From Octopus sinensis (taxonomy: Eukaryota), in the NCBI RefSeq assembly GCF_006345805.1, contig NW_021834457.1, positions 1 to 48,503 on the forward strand: DNA of 48,503 bases, given 5' to 3'. The notes beneath the pieces were generated by a model. The model saw only the letters and a program-made list of their open reading frames with translations, was not told where the DNA came from and searched no databases. Each line of letters starts with the position of its first letter. Position 1 is the first letter of the stretch. Below are positions 22,974 through 34,756 of the stretch, one piece after another. The translations under genes were made by a program, and so were the position numbers.

Positions 22974-23522
22974 ATGGAACTTATAAATCTAGACTTGTGA
23001 GCTTTATTAAATGACTTCTGACGATGAAGATCCACCACTAGTTTTGTTTTTTTCAGATTGTTGTTTTTTTATGTTATATTGTTAAAGCATGAGGAAGTGT
23101 ATATATATATATATATATATATATTTATAAATGAGGGTGAAAAATTGGATATTAATTTAATAATACCATCAATTTAACACCAAGTGGCTTAGCACACCAT
23201 AGCGGATCTATTTTTAGCATTAGAGTCGACCACATAGTGGTTACACTCTCATATTTATGTATATATATATATATATATACATATATGTTTCTTTATTACC
23301 CACAAGGGGCTAAACATAGAGGGGACAAACAAGGACAGACATAGGTATTAAGTCGATTATATCGACCCCTGTGCGTAACTGGTACTTAGTTTATCGACCC
23401 CGAAAGGACGAAAGGCAAAGTCGACCTCGCCTTTCATCCTTTCGGGATCGATAAATAAAGTACCAGTTACACATATATTTATATATAGAGAGAGAGAGAG
23501 GGGGGACAACGAAAACAAATAC

Positions 23523-23595
23523 CTTTGATTTCATTCGGATAGATAGCTTCCAGGGCTTCTATTTCGTCCCTCTGTTCTTCTCTGTGGTTCGTCAT
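23523..23595 (-). CDS. RWDD1: RWD domain-containing protein 1, coding exon 1 of 6 (MTNHREEQRDEIEALEAIYPNEIK+G)
   Basis: Manual translation matches the RWDD1/Gir2 N-terminus as recalled (human MTDYGEEQRNELEALESIYP). 73 nt, followed by donor G|GTATTT. The six exons (73+78+128+144+190+83 = 696 nt) join in frame to 231 aa plus stop. Confidence 0.95.
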
Positions 23596-24571
23596 ACTGA
23601 CAAGAAACCTGTGAGGACAAGGGCCGATGTGTCAGGGTGAGCGAGGAAGAAAGTGAATGAAAAAAAAAGGCCTTAATTAATTAAAAAAAGCTTAATTAAT
23701 TGAGAGTCCCTCGTCACACTTCTGGGCCATGTGTCACTGGCGAACTCTCCGTAAAATAGAGACACGAAATATCGAAAATATTAATACTTCCGGCTAATGT
23801 AACCTTCGTTTATTTCCGGTGGACACAGAACGGCAAAGAAAAAAGTCAATTAATTGGTAATTAACCTTTAATTAAATTAATATAACCGAGGTGGATCGCG
23901 TCGGTGTTGATCCGTGTCAGACACAGTGCGATCGACTAAAAGTAATTGGAATTAATTGATTTCCTGATCGACGAAACACGAATTTAGCTCCAAATGAGCC
24001 AAAATAATTCTTTCTTCTTCAGAGAAAAATAATCATAAAATGGTAAAAAATCATTTAAAATATATTTTAATTATTTACATCGATAATTCACACCTCTCTT
24101 GCCATTTTTTAATTTATCACATATATGGTACGTCTTCTTACGGATTAGTAACCTTATGCTAAGTTTCCCTGTGTGGCATTTCTTCCCCATTCATTACAGG
24201 ATGTATGTTTCTTCTTTCTGTATCTCAGGTATATTTTCCACCTGTTAATTAGATTTTTACGCTTGATATATTTTCCTGATTTCTCTTCTAACCTTTTGAG
24301 TCTGTTTGTTTTAATTCCCACCTACTAAACTAAAAGATAATTACGTTTTTCTTTCTCCGTCTTTCGTTCAACTATATCCAGTTCCCAAAAGGAGGTGTGA
24401 CCGTTTAGTAAGGACAACCAGAAGAGAAACCCGACACAGAACCACCAAAACCACGCGCAGTCCTTCACTGGATCCTGTCGAAATTACCAGAAATTACACA
24501 TATAAAAGGAAGTGTGATCGCCCTTACACCCGACCAGAGAAAAATTATTATTCGTTCAATATCCTTCAACC
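23596..24571. promoter_or_regulatory. Shared bidirectional promoter and 5' UTR region of RWDD1 and TRAPPC3
   Basis: 976 bp between divergent ATGs with no recognisable SINE or MITE. Two ETS-type cores (ACTTCCGG 23786-23793, ATTTCCGGT 23812-23820). TATAAAAG at 24501-24508 overlaps AGGAAGTG and starts 71 nt before the TRAPPC3 ATG. Motif function is inferred. Confidence 0.7.
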
Positions 24572-24613
24572 ATGTCACGGCAAAGTAACAGAGCCGGAGA
24601 TCCCCGTAAAGTG
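24572..24613 (+). CDS. TRAPPC3: Trafficking protein particle complex subunit 3 (BET3), coding exon 1 of 5 (MSRQSNRAGDPRKV)
   Basis: Matches human MSRQANRGTESKKM as recalled. Donor GTG|GTGAGT. The five exons (42+98+100+183+120 = 543 nt) give 180 aa plus stop, the same length as human TRAPPC3. Confidence 0.95.
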
Positions 24614-24665
24614 GTGAGTTTTACCTTTGAATTCTTCCGTCTCTTCTTCTTCATATCGCAAACCC

Positions 24666-25622
24666 GCTAGAAAGAACAGCCAAATCTCTCTCAAATCTTA
24701 CCCAAATGTCTTCGATAAAGTAGGGTACACTTCGTGGTCACTTGAGCTGCTAGAAAGAACAGCCAAATATCTCTCAAATCTTACCCAAATGTCTTCGATA
24801 AAGTAGGATACACTTCGTGGTCACTTGAGCTGCTAGAAAGAACAGCCAAATCTCTCTCAAATCTTACCCAAATGTCTTCGATAAAGTAGGATACACTTCG
24901 TGGTCACTTGAGCTGCTAGAAAGAACAGCCAAATCTCTCTCAAATCTTACCCAAATGTCTTCGATAAAGTAGGATACACTTCGTGGTCACTTGAGCTGCT
25001 AGAAAGAACAGCCATATCTCTCTCAAATCTTACAAAAAAATTTCTCCGATAAAGTAGGATGCACTTCGTGGTCACTTGAGTTGCTAGAAAGAACAGCCAA
25101 ATCTCTCTCAAATCTTACCCAAATGTCTTCGATAAAGTAGGATGCACTTCGTGGTCACTTGAGCTGCTAGAAAGAATAGCCAAATCTCTCTCAAATCTCA
25201 CCCAAATGTCTTCGAAAAAGTAGGATACACTGCGTGGTCACTTGAGCTGCTAAAAAGAACAGCCAAATCTCTCTCAAATCTTACCCAAATGTCTTCGATA
25301 AAGTAGGATGCACTTCGTGGTCACTTGAGCTGCTAGAAAGAATAGCCAAATCTCTCTCAAATCTCACCCAAATGTCTTCGAAAAAGTAGGATACACTGCG
25401 TGGTCACTTGAGCTGCTAAAAAGAACAGCCAAATCTCTCTCAAATCTTACCCAAATGTCTTCGATAAAGTAGGATACACTTCGTGGTCACTTGAGCTGCT
25501 AGAAAGAACAGCCAAATCTCTCTCAAATTTTACCCAAATGTCTTCGATAAAGTAGGATACACGCTATGCCAAATACAGAGCTTCTTCGTGGTCACATGAG
25601 CTGCTAGAAAGAACAGCCAAAT
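24666..25622 (+). repeat. 83-bp minisatellite, about 11 units, in TRAPPC3 intron 1
   Basis: Unit cttcgtggtcacttgagctgctagaaagaacagccaaatctctctcaaatcttacccaaatgtcttcgataaagtaggataca. Motif positions 24731, 24814, 24897, 24980, 25065, 25148, 25231, 25314, 25397 and 25480. Confidence 0.95.
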
Positions 25623-25734
25623 TTCATATTCTGCAAGCTATCTGCCGTGCTTCCAGACGTGAGCTCACTCAGTTTGACCATGACCTCGGCAAGGAGAATT
25701 TGGTTGACAGAAACTGTGCGGAAGCCTGGCGCAT

Positions 25735-26070
25735 GTATGTGTGTGTGTATATATATATGTGTGTGTGTATGTATGTCTGTGTTTGTCCATGTGTATGTAT
25801 ATTTGGGTATGTATGTATTTGTGCATGTGTGTATGTATGTGTTTGTGTGTGTATGTATATGTGTGTGTGTTTCTGTGTATGTATGTATGTGTTTGTGCAT
25901 GTGTATGTATGTGTGTATATGTGTATGTATGTCTCTATATATATGTGTGTGTCAGCGTGTGTATATGTCTATATATGTGTGTATGCATGTATTTTATATG
26001 TCTGTGTGTGTGTTTGCCTGCGTGTGCATATACTTAAAAGTATTCACGAATCTATATACGTGTGCACGTG
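25735..26070. repeat. Degenerate (TG)n/(TATG)n microsatellite
   Basis: Direct inspection. Confidence 0.9.
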
Positions 26071-26259
26071 TATCTTTCACGGTTGTATATTTGCAAGGCA
26101 ACCCCCCCACACACACACACCCAAAACGTGTATGAATAAAATCCCTTGAAATAGTCGTTCTTACAGACACCCCTTTGTCACTATCACTGTCATAAAATCA
26201 GAGAACCAATGACTGACCCAATGGAAACTTATAACAAACGAGGCTATTGGTAAGGAGAA

Positions 26260-26885
<626 letters not shown>

Positions 26886-27214
26886 TAAGTTCATTGCCTT
26901 TGCATCCTTTTAACCCTCCTCCTCTTCCTCCTTCTCTTCTTTCTCCTCTTCTTTCTCCTCCTCCTCCTCCTCCTTTCATTCTCCATTTTTTAGTCTTCGT
27001 TTCCTATCTTTCTTTCCTCTCTTGTTGTTGTTGTTCTTCTTCTTCTTGCTGTCATCTTTATTATTCCACACTGCATCTCTACGTCTCTGCCAAAATAGAA
27101 TGCTTCTTTTTGTTTTTCTTTGAATCAGAAGTATCTTCATTCATTCCACTGCTTCGCATCTGCCCCCCCCCCACCCCCACCATGCCATCATGAGTTAGAC
27201 AAATATCTATTATT

Positions 27215-27512
27215 GAAGCACCAACCAATCGTGGCCGTTGCCAGCCTCCCCTGGCACCTGTGCTGGTGGCACATAAAAAGCACCCACCAATCGTGGCCAT
27301 TGCTAGCCTTGCCTGGCACCTGTGCCAGTGGCATGTAAAAAGCACCCACTACACTCTTGGAGTGGTTGGTGTTAGGAAGGGTATCCAGCTGTAGAAACAC
27401 TGCCAGATCAGATTGGGACCTGGTGCAGCCTCCTGGCTTCCCAGACCCTGGTCGAACCGTCCAACCCATGCAAGCATGGAAAACAGACGTTAAACGATGA
27501 TGATGATGATGA
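27215..27512 (+). mobile_element. Family D element with two ~60-bp internal modules
   Basis: ccaatcgtggcc...ggca(c/t)(a/g)taaaaagcac occurs twice, then core and (gat)n tail. Confidence 0.8.
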
Positions 27513-27967
27513 AGCATTGTTATACAACCAGATGCCTTCCCTGTCACTAACCCTTACTCAGTTTACAAGCAAGAGATTTCTCCCAACCATTCATCCCCAG
27601 AAGTGCACAGATGGCAGAATGGCCTCTAAGCGTTCATCACTTGATGGCCAAATCTGGTGGGAAAACCTGTCAACCTAAGTAGGGAGGTTCCAAACCAACA
27701 ATGACCCATGCCATGTCAGCACATCGCGAATATGGCATAGTCTGTTTTGACTTGGTTTCTACAGATGGATGCCCTTCCTAATGCCAACCACTTTACAGAG
27801 TGTAATGGGTGCTTTTTACATGGTTCCTTGGTTTTAGGATATCAATTCTGTTGTGGTGGTCAGGTCTTTTTGAGTACAACAATGCACCACAGTCTAGACG
27901 TATACATGTATGATATATATGTGTATGTGTGTCTTTATTCAGTTATATATATATATAAATATATAAA

Positions 27968-28357
27968 GGGATCTTTTTGGTTTGACCGGCAGTTTTTAAA
28001 ATAATTTCTAGGTAACTAAAAAATGTTAAACTTGGTATACTGGTAGAATGTGTTTATAAAACATCTTTTTCTCTTGGCTTTATTGAGAAAATTCTATAGT
28101 TTGTAAGATATTTGTTGGTTTTTTTCTGCAATTTCAACCAATCACTGACGTCCATTGAGGTAAAAAACTTTCTGTGCCGTATGAATATGTCCCTCATTTA
28201 AGAAACAGATTGGGTTTATTTACATTTGTGAAGAAAAAAAGATACCCTTCCCACCACCCTTAACACTAACCCTAAAACAGATTGAAATGCAATAATTATG
28301 GGTGACAATTTCATATGACACCGCTAGAAAAAACTGCCGTTCAAACCGAAAAGATCC
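27968..28357. mobile_element. MITE, same family as 22560-22973, reversed
   Basis: Same TIRs, with the internal sequence in reverse orientation. Confidence 0.85.
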
Positions 28358-28777
28358 ATATAATGCTGGCATGGCTGTGTGGTAAGAAGCTTGCTTCCCA
28401 ACCACATGGTTCCAGGTTCAGTCCCACTGCATGGCACTTGTTATATTTAAAATTAATTGAAAGAAACACAGAGCATCTCAACAGAAGTACAGTAATGAAA
28501 GGTTTAATAGATATTTAAAATATTTTTATAAAATTTCACTTTCCTGAAATATTTTTATTGTAAAGAAAGAACAATATCCTGGAGAATATTGACTGCCAGG
28601 GGAATTTTGTCCTAGGACCCAGTGAAGCACTGGGGTCAATGTAATTGATTCATCCCCTCCCCCAAAATTGCTGGCCTTGTGACAAAATTTGAAACCATAA
28701 TGTTTTGTTGCATTACACAATAACTGTTTGTTTTTTTGTTTTGAATTTATAATGATTGGGACCAATTGTTTTTGCAG

Positions 28778-28877
28778 GGGTTACAATATGGGTATACGCC
28801 TAATTGAAGATTTCTTGGCCAGATCCAATGTCGGCCGATGCCATGACTTTCGAGAAACGGCAGATGTCATTTCAAAG
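28778..28877 (+). CDS. TRAPPC3: TRAPPC3 exon 3 (GYNMGIRLIEDFLARSNVGRCHDFRETADVISK)
   Basis: BET3 motif GYNxGxRLIEDFLA. The acylated cysteine falls at residue 68, as in human. Acceptor tttttgcag, donor AAG|GTAAGT. Confidence 0.97.
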
Positions 28878-29239
28878 GTAAGTTGGATGTCCTCATTGTC
28901 ATCATATTCCTCATCATCATCAGCAGCCGTTCAAGAATTTGGACCTGGAGATCTCCATTTCCAGCGACTTCGAGGGGTCACTTCCCGGTGGTGTCGGGCG
29001 TCAACGAAGAGCCCTCGACTACAACAAGACGACCAAAGTTTTTTTTTTTTTCAAAGATCTGGCGTCTCCCGCTCCTAAGCCCAAGACCATCACCTAACCA
29101 CCCTTACCCATCTTGTTGCTTAACAACTACAACAATCAGTAGCAGCATCCTTATGATGATCATCACCATCACCATGTATAAACCTCAACTAGACCCCCCA
29201 CCTTTCAAAATTGCTTACCTTCTACCTATAGTAGAAAGA

Positions 29240-29571
29240 TTATTATTATTATTATTATTATCACCGTGATCACCGTGACCGACCAGGCTATCAGATGTTG
29301 CTACACATCGCTGGTCACAATGCGCTTCGCATTGTTCTAGCCTTCAAATGACACCACCCCGCTGACTAAGCGAACAGGCCAACAGAAGAAAGAGTGAGGG
29401 AAAGTTGGGGCGAAAGAGTACAGCAGGGATCACCACCATCCCCTACCGGAGCCTCGTGGAGCTTTTAGGTGTTTTCGCTCAATAAACACTCACAACACCC
29501 GGTCTGGGAATCGAAACCGCGATCCTACAACCGCGAGTCCGCTGCCCTAACCACTCGGCTATTGCACCTCC
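29240..29571 (-). mobile_element. SINE family C variant 2 (same head and 5' body, different 3' part, (AAT)n tail)
   Basis: Diverges from the C consensus after ...cactctt. Confidence 0.75.
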
Positions 29572-29801
29572 ATATTATTATTATTATTATTATCATTATT
29601 GTTTTCAGTCACTTTTACTTACCTCTACTTGTGGCAACATTCACCCTGGGCCAGTTCAGTCGGCTTCTTCCACCACCCCCGAGGCATCTCAAACCATGGC
29701 AGTGGAAGAAGTTTTTTGTGGGAATATGTGGATTTCACAAGCGGTCCCCAACAATCCCGCATGTAGAGACATCCTGTTTGCCGCAGATTGTCCGCAGATG
29801 C

Positions 29802-30183
29802 AGGAGTGGCTGTGTGGTAAGTAGCTTGCTTACCAACCACATGGTTTCGGGTTCAGTCCCACTGCGTGGCACCTTGGACAAGTGTCTTCTACTATAGCCT
29901 CGGTCCGACCAAAGCCTTGTGAGTGGATTTGGTAGACGGAAACTGAAAGAGGCTTGTTTTATATATGTATATATATATATATATGTGTTTGTGTGTCTGT
30001 GTTTGTCCCCCTAGCATTGCTTGACAACCGATGCTGGTGTGTTTATGTCCCCGTCACTTGGCGGTTCGGCAAAAGACACCAATAGAATAAGTACTGGGCT
30101 TACAAAGAATAAGTTGCTCGACCAAAGGTGGTGCTCCAGCATGGCCGCAGTCAACTGATTGAAACAAGTAAAAGAGAGAGAGA
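29802..30183 (+). mobile_element. SINE family A inserted in a GC-rich duplicated unit
   Basis: Flanked by aga(t/c)gcagg on both sides. The empty site is at about 30490-30505. Confidence 0.85.
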
Positions 30184-31404
30184 GACGCAGGGACAGAACG
30201 ACCGAGGAGCCGCCAGTTGCCGAAACAGACACTCCGAGGATTTTCACCAGAGCCCCATCTGCCAGGTTGTGGCCCTTAATACCACTCGGTGTCAGACCAA
30301 TTGCCTTGGGTGGCCCTGACACTTGGGTGGCATAGCTCTGACACTACCCATTGCCAGCGTCCCCACCACGGTGAGGAGGGGATGGACTTTGGGGATGCCT
30401 TCATTATCTACCTTTGGGTGCCTTTGGGGGCGCCTTCATTGTCCCCAACAATCCCGCATGTAGAGACATCATGTTTGCCACAGATTGTCCGCAGACGCAG
30501 GGACAGAACGACCGAGGAGCCGCCTGTTGCCAAAGCAGGCACTCCGAAGATTTTCACCAGAGCCCCATCTGCCGGGTCGTGGCCCTAATACCACTCCGCC
30601 TTGGGTGACCCTACCAGGAACCAAAAGTTCCCGACGGCATAGCTCTGACACAAGAATTGTAGCCTTTTATAAGTGCATGATCACTGGCTGTCCAACCTAA
30701 AACAGAGAATGGCTTATATACAAATACATAAGTGAATACAAAGAAATCTAGGAGCAGCCATATACATCATCATCATCGTCATTTAACATCCGTTTTCCAT
30801 GCTGGCATGAGTTGAACGGTTTGACTGAGGACCGGCTACCCAGATGGCTGCACTAGGCTCCAATCTGATCTGTTAATGTTTCTACAGTTGGATGCCCTTC
30901 CTAACGCCATCCACTCCAAGAGTGTAGTGGGTCCTTTTTACATGCCACTGGACAAGATATCTCAAGAACTGGCTGGATAGATTCAGATGAAAATTTCAGG
31001 AGTGTTTGGCCTCATCACTCACACGAACTGATTAGACTGCGGCCATGCTGGGGCACCATGTGAGAACGCTTGTCTGGTGCCATGTAAAAAACACCCAGCA
31101 CACTCTGTAAAGTTGTTGGCCGTAGGAAGGGCATCCAGCTGTAGAAACCATGCCAAATCAGACTGGAGTCTGGTCCCTAGCTCCTGTCAAACCGCCCAAC
31201 CCATGCCAGCATGGAAAACGGGCGTTAAACGATGATGATGATGATGATGATAATGATGGTGATGTTTAAATGTTTCGACTGAATCAAGCGTTTGCTAATT
31301 TGTTAATAGTATTTAAAACAAGGGACGTAACTGTTAACATAGGGGAGATAACTTTTCCCAACTAAATCTGATATATCCAAGCTCGATGCAGTTTTTGACA
31401 AATA

Positions 31405-31780
31405 TCTATATATATAAAAGTGAAGTTGTATGAGTGTCTGTCCCCTTCGATTTAGATTCCTAACTACTCCCACATTTTGCGGTGCAGTTTAACCAAAAGC
31501 GGGTATCTTATAGTCGTGATTCATATTGAGCCCTTCTGGGTATTAGCGCGCATCTACGATGAGTCTACGATTTTAAAAATAATTTACCATAATTTTTTTC
31601 CATTTTCATGCATATTTTTTAAATAAAGGGAAGTAACTCTCTAAAAATGTCTACGATGAGTCAACGATAATTTTTTCCCATTTTTAATGCATTTTTTGCT
31701 GTTTTTTGGCTATAACTCTCTAAAAATGCTTTATAGTTATTTCCCTTACAAACCCGAGCAACGCCGGGCGATACTGCTAG
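31405..31780 (+). mobile_element. Non-autonomous Helitron-like element
   Basis: A|TCTATATATATAAAA start, 3' hairpin CCCG-AGCAACGC-CGGG, CTAG|T end, no TSD. These are the canonical Helitron termini. Confidence 0.82.
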
Positions 31781-32023
31781 TATATATATATATATAAATC
31801 TTAACTTTTGCTTGTTTCAGTCATTAGAGTATGGCCATGCTGTGGCACTGCCTTGAAGTACTTTTAGTCAAATAAATCAATCCCAGTATTTTTTTTTTAA
31901 GCATGGTATTTATTCTATCATTTCCTTTTGCCAAACTGCTAAGTGACAAGGACATAAACACACCAACATCAGTCGTCGAGTGGTAGAGAGGGGGACAAAT
32001 ACACACACACACACATGTATATT

Positions 32024-32400
32024 ATCATCATCATCATCATCATCATCGTTTAACGTCCGTTTTCCGCGCTAGCACGGGTTGGACGGTTCGACCGGGGTCT
32101 GGGGAGCCAGGAGGCTGCACCAGGCCCCAGTCTGATCTGGCAGTGTTTCTACAGCTGGATGCCCTTCCTAACGCCAACCACTCCGAGAGTGTAGTGGGTG
32201 CTTTTTACGTGCCACCGGCAAGGCTGGCAATGGCCACGATCAGATGGTGCTTTTTACATGCCACAGGCACGGAGGCCAGTCAGGGCAGCGCTGGCAACGG
32301 CCACGATCGGATGGTACGCTTACGTGTCACCGGCACTGGTATCGCAGCTGCAATTTCCATTGATGTTGATCGATTTCGATATTGGTTCTGATTTCTGATT
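32024..32400 (-). mobile_element. Family D element
   Basis: (cat)n gtttaacgtccgttttcc... core and modules. Confidence 0.8.
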
Positions 32401-32531
32401 TGATTTGATTTGATTTGATTTTGATTTTGATTTCCGATTGCCACTTGCCTCAACGGGTCTTCACAAGTGGAGTTTTGTGTCCCAAGAAGGAAAGGAACAC
32501 ATAAGTCGGAAAATTATAATTCTATTCAACA

Positions 32532-33002
32532 CTAGCAGTATCGCCTGGCCATGCTCGGGTTTGTAAGGGAAATAACAATATAAGCATTTTTAGAGAGTTA
32601 CTTCCCTTATAGATGCCAATTTGGGCTTTCTTAGCCATTTCTGTTTTGGTGTCTTCAAGCCATGAAGTCGTTCTAAAAGAACGCTGGTCTCCTTGACAAA
32701 GCTTCACGAGGGAGGGAAGGGGGAGAAGCAAACACAGGTGCAGGTGTGACCATGGACGCCAACTCCGCCGCCATCGACACACGAAAAATTATGCATTAAA
32801 ATGGAATAAAAAAATGATGTTAAATTATTTTTAAAATCGTAGACTCATTGTAGACGCGCGCTAATACTCAGACGGGCTCGATATGAATCACGACTATAAG
32901 ATACCCGAATTTGGTTAAACTGCACCGCAAAATGTGGGAGGAGTTAGGAATCTAAATCGAAGGGGACAGACACTCACACAACTAGAGTTTTATATATATA
33001 GA
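32532..33002 (-). mobile_element. Non-autonomous Helitron-like element with extra internal cargo
   Basis: Same 5' (A|TCTATATATATAAAA) and 3' (cccgagcatggccaggcgatactgCTAG|T) ends as 31405-31780. Confidence 0.82.
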
Positions 33003-33266
33003 TATTCACACACTTATTGCAGTGGTCCTCCAGTTTTTCTAATCTCTGTAAAAGAACTTTGAAGGTTGAGCCTCCAATCAGGCCTTTCATGGTACCCTTA
33101 AAACCAGGAGCTTTTCAGTACCCCCGTGTGTGTGTGTGTGTGTGTGTGTGCGTACGTGCGTGTGTGTGTGCATCAAAACCACAGGAAAGAGAGAGAGAGA
33201 GTATTCTTTTTGTTTTTCTTTTTGCATGAAAAGCCAACAGTTTTCTACTCATTTTGTTCTTATCTC

Positions 33267-33302
<36 letters not shown>

Positions 33303-33363
33303 TACTACTACTACTACTATTTCATTATTATTATTATTATCGTCTCGTTGTTGTATTTTCCAG

Positions 33364-33546
33364 GCTGGCTTTAAGATGTACCTGGGTATCATTCCTGTCG
33401 TCTCCAACTGGAGTCCTGCTGGTGATGAATTCTCTTTGCTAATCGAGAACAATCCCTTAACAGAATTCGTCGAACTCCCTGCCAATCACAGCTCCTTAAA
33501 TTATTCCAGTATTTTATGCGGTGTTCTCAAGGGATGCCTAGAAATG
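33364..33546 (+). CDS. TRAPPC3: TRAPPC3 exon 4 (AGFKMYLGIIPVVSNWSPAGDEFSLLIENNPLTEFVELPANHSSLNYSSILCGVLKGCLEM)
   Basis: BET3 motifs FKMYLG, NPLxEFVELP and LCGVLxGxLEM. Acceptor tgtattttccag, donor ATG|GTTTGT, phase 0/0. Confidence 0.97.
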
Positions 33547-33559
33547 GTTTGTCTTCTAT

Positions 33560-34140
33560 ATTTTATAGACACTCTCTCTCTCTCTCAAATTCTCATTCTC
33601 TCTCTCTCTCTCTCTTCCTCTCACATTCTCTCTCTCTCATTTCCTCTCTTTCAAATTCTCATTCTCTCTCTCTCTCTCTCAAATTCTCATTCTCTCTCTC
33701 TCAAATTCTCATTCTCTCTCTCTCTTCCTCTCACATTCTCTCTCTCTCATTTCCTCTCTTTCAAATTCTCCTTCTCTCTCTCTCAAATTCTCATTCTCTC
33801 TCTCTCTCTCTCTTCCTCTCACATTCTCTCTCTCTCATTTCCTCTCTTTCAAATTCTCATTCTCTCTCTCTCATTCTCTCTCTCTCAAATTCTCATTCTC
33901 TCTCTCTCTCATTCTCTCTTCCTCTCACATTCTCTCTCTCTCATTTCCTCTTTCAAATTCTCATTCTCTCTCTCTCTCATTCTCTCTCTCCCATTTTCTC
34001 TCTCTCTCTCTCTCTCTTCCTCTTACATTCTCTCTCATTCTCATTTTTTCTCTCTCTCTTCCTCTCTCATTCTCATTTTCTCTCATTTCCCCCTCTCTCT
34101 CTCTCTCATTCCCTCTTTCTCACACATTCTTTCTCTCTCT
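33560..34140. repeat. Complex (TC)n repeat with larger repeated blocks (caaattctcattctc..., cttcctctcacattctc...catttcctctctttc)
   Basis: Nearly pure pyrimidine plus strand starting about 15 nt after the TRAPPC3 exon 4 donor. Confidence 0.9.
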
Positions 34141-34603
34141 CCTCCCTCCCCTTCTCCCTCTCACATTCTCTCCCACCCACCCCCCATTCCCTCTCCCATT
34201 ACCCCCTGCCATTATCTTCCCATTTTTCTGATCCCTTCTAATCCTGTCTTTCCCATTCCCTGCTCCCTTCTCCCACCCCTGACTCCCATCACCCCAGTCC
34301 ACACTCCCTCCCCTCACCATTCTTCATCTTCTGCTTGTAACCCCCACCCCCCTCCACAATCCACTTTCTTCATCACATTGTCCCAAACAGTATCTTTTAT
34401 CTCTTACTTGTTTCAGCCTTTAGACTGTGGCCATGCTGGGGCACCACCTTGAAGTCTTTTTTTTATCGAATGCATCAAACCCCATACTTATTTAAAAAAA
34501 TTTGAGCTGGGGGACAAATACACACACACACACACATACGATGGACTTCTTTTCAGTTTCTGTCTACCAAATCCATCCATAAGGCTTTGGTCAGCCCAAG
34601 GCT

Positions 34604-34670
<67 letters not shown>

Positions 34671-34717
34671 CATCATCGTCCGCTCTCCATGCTGGTATGG
34701 GTTGTATATATACATAC

Positions 34718-34756
<39 letters not shown>

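Noticed and set aside
28883-29100. CpG-rich stretch after TRAPPC3 exon 3 with a coding-looking frame (KNLDLEISISSDFEGSLPGGVGRQRRALDYNKTTK)
   Set aside because: No usable GT donor at its end and no recognisable homology. It needs a BLAST and RNA-seq check before any claim.
33130-34452. 440-aa ORF
   Set aside because: Only 33364-33546 is real (TRAPPC3 exon 4). The rest is read-through of TG, ATT and TC microsatellites.
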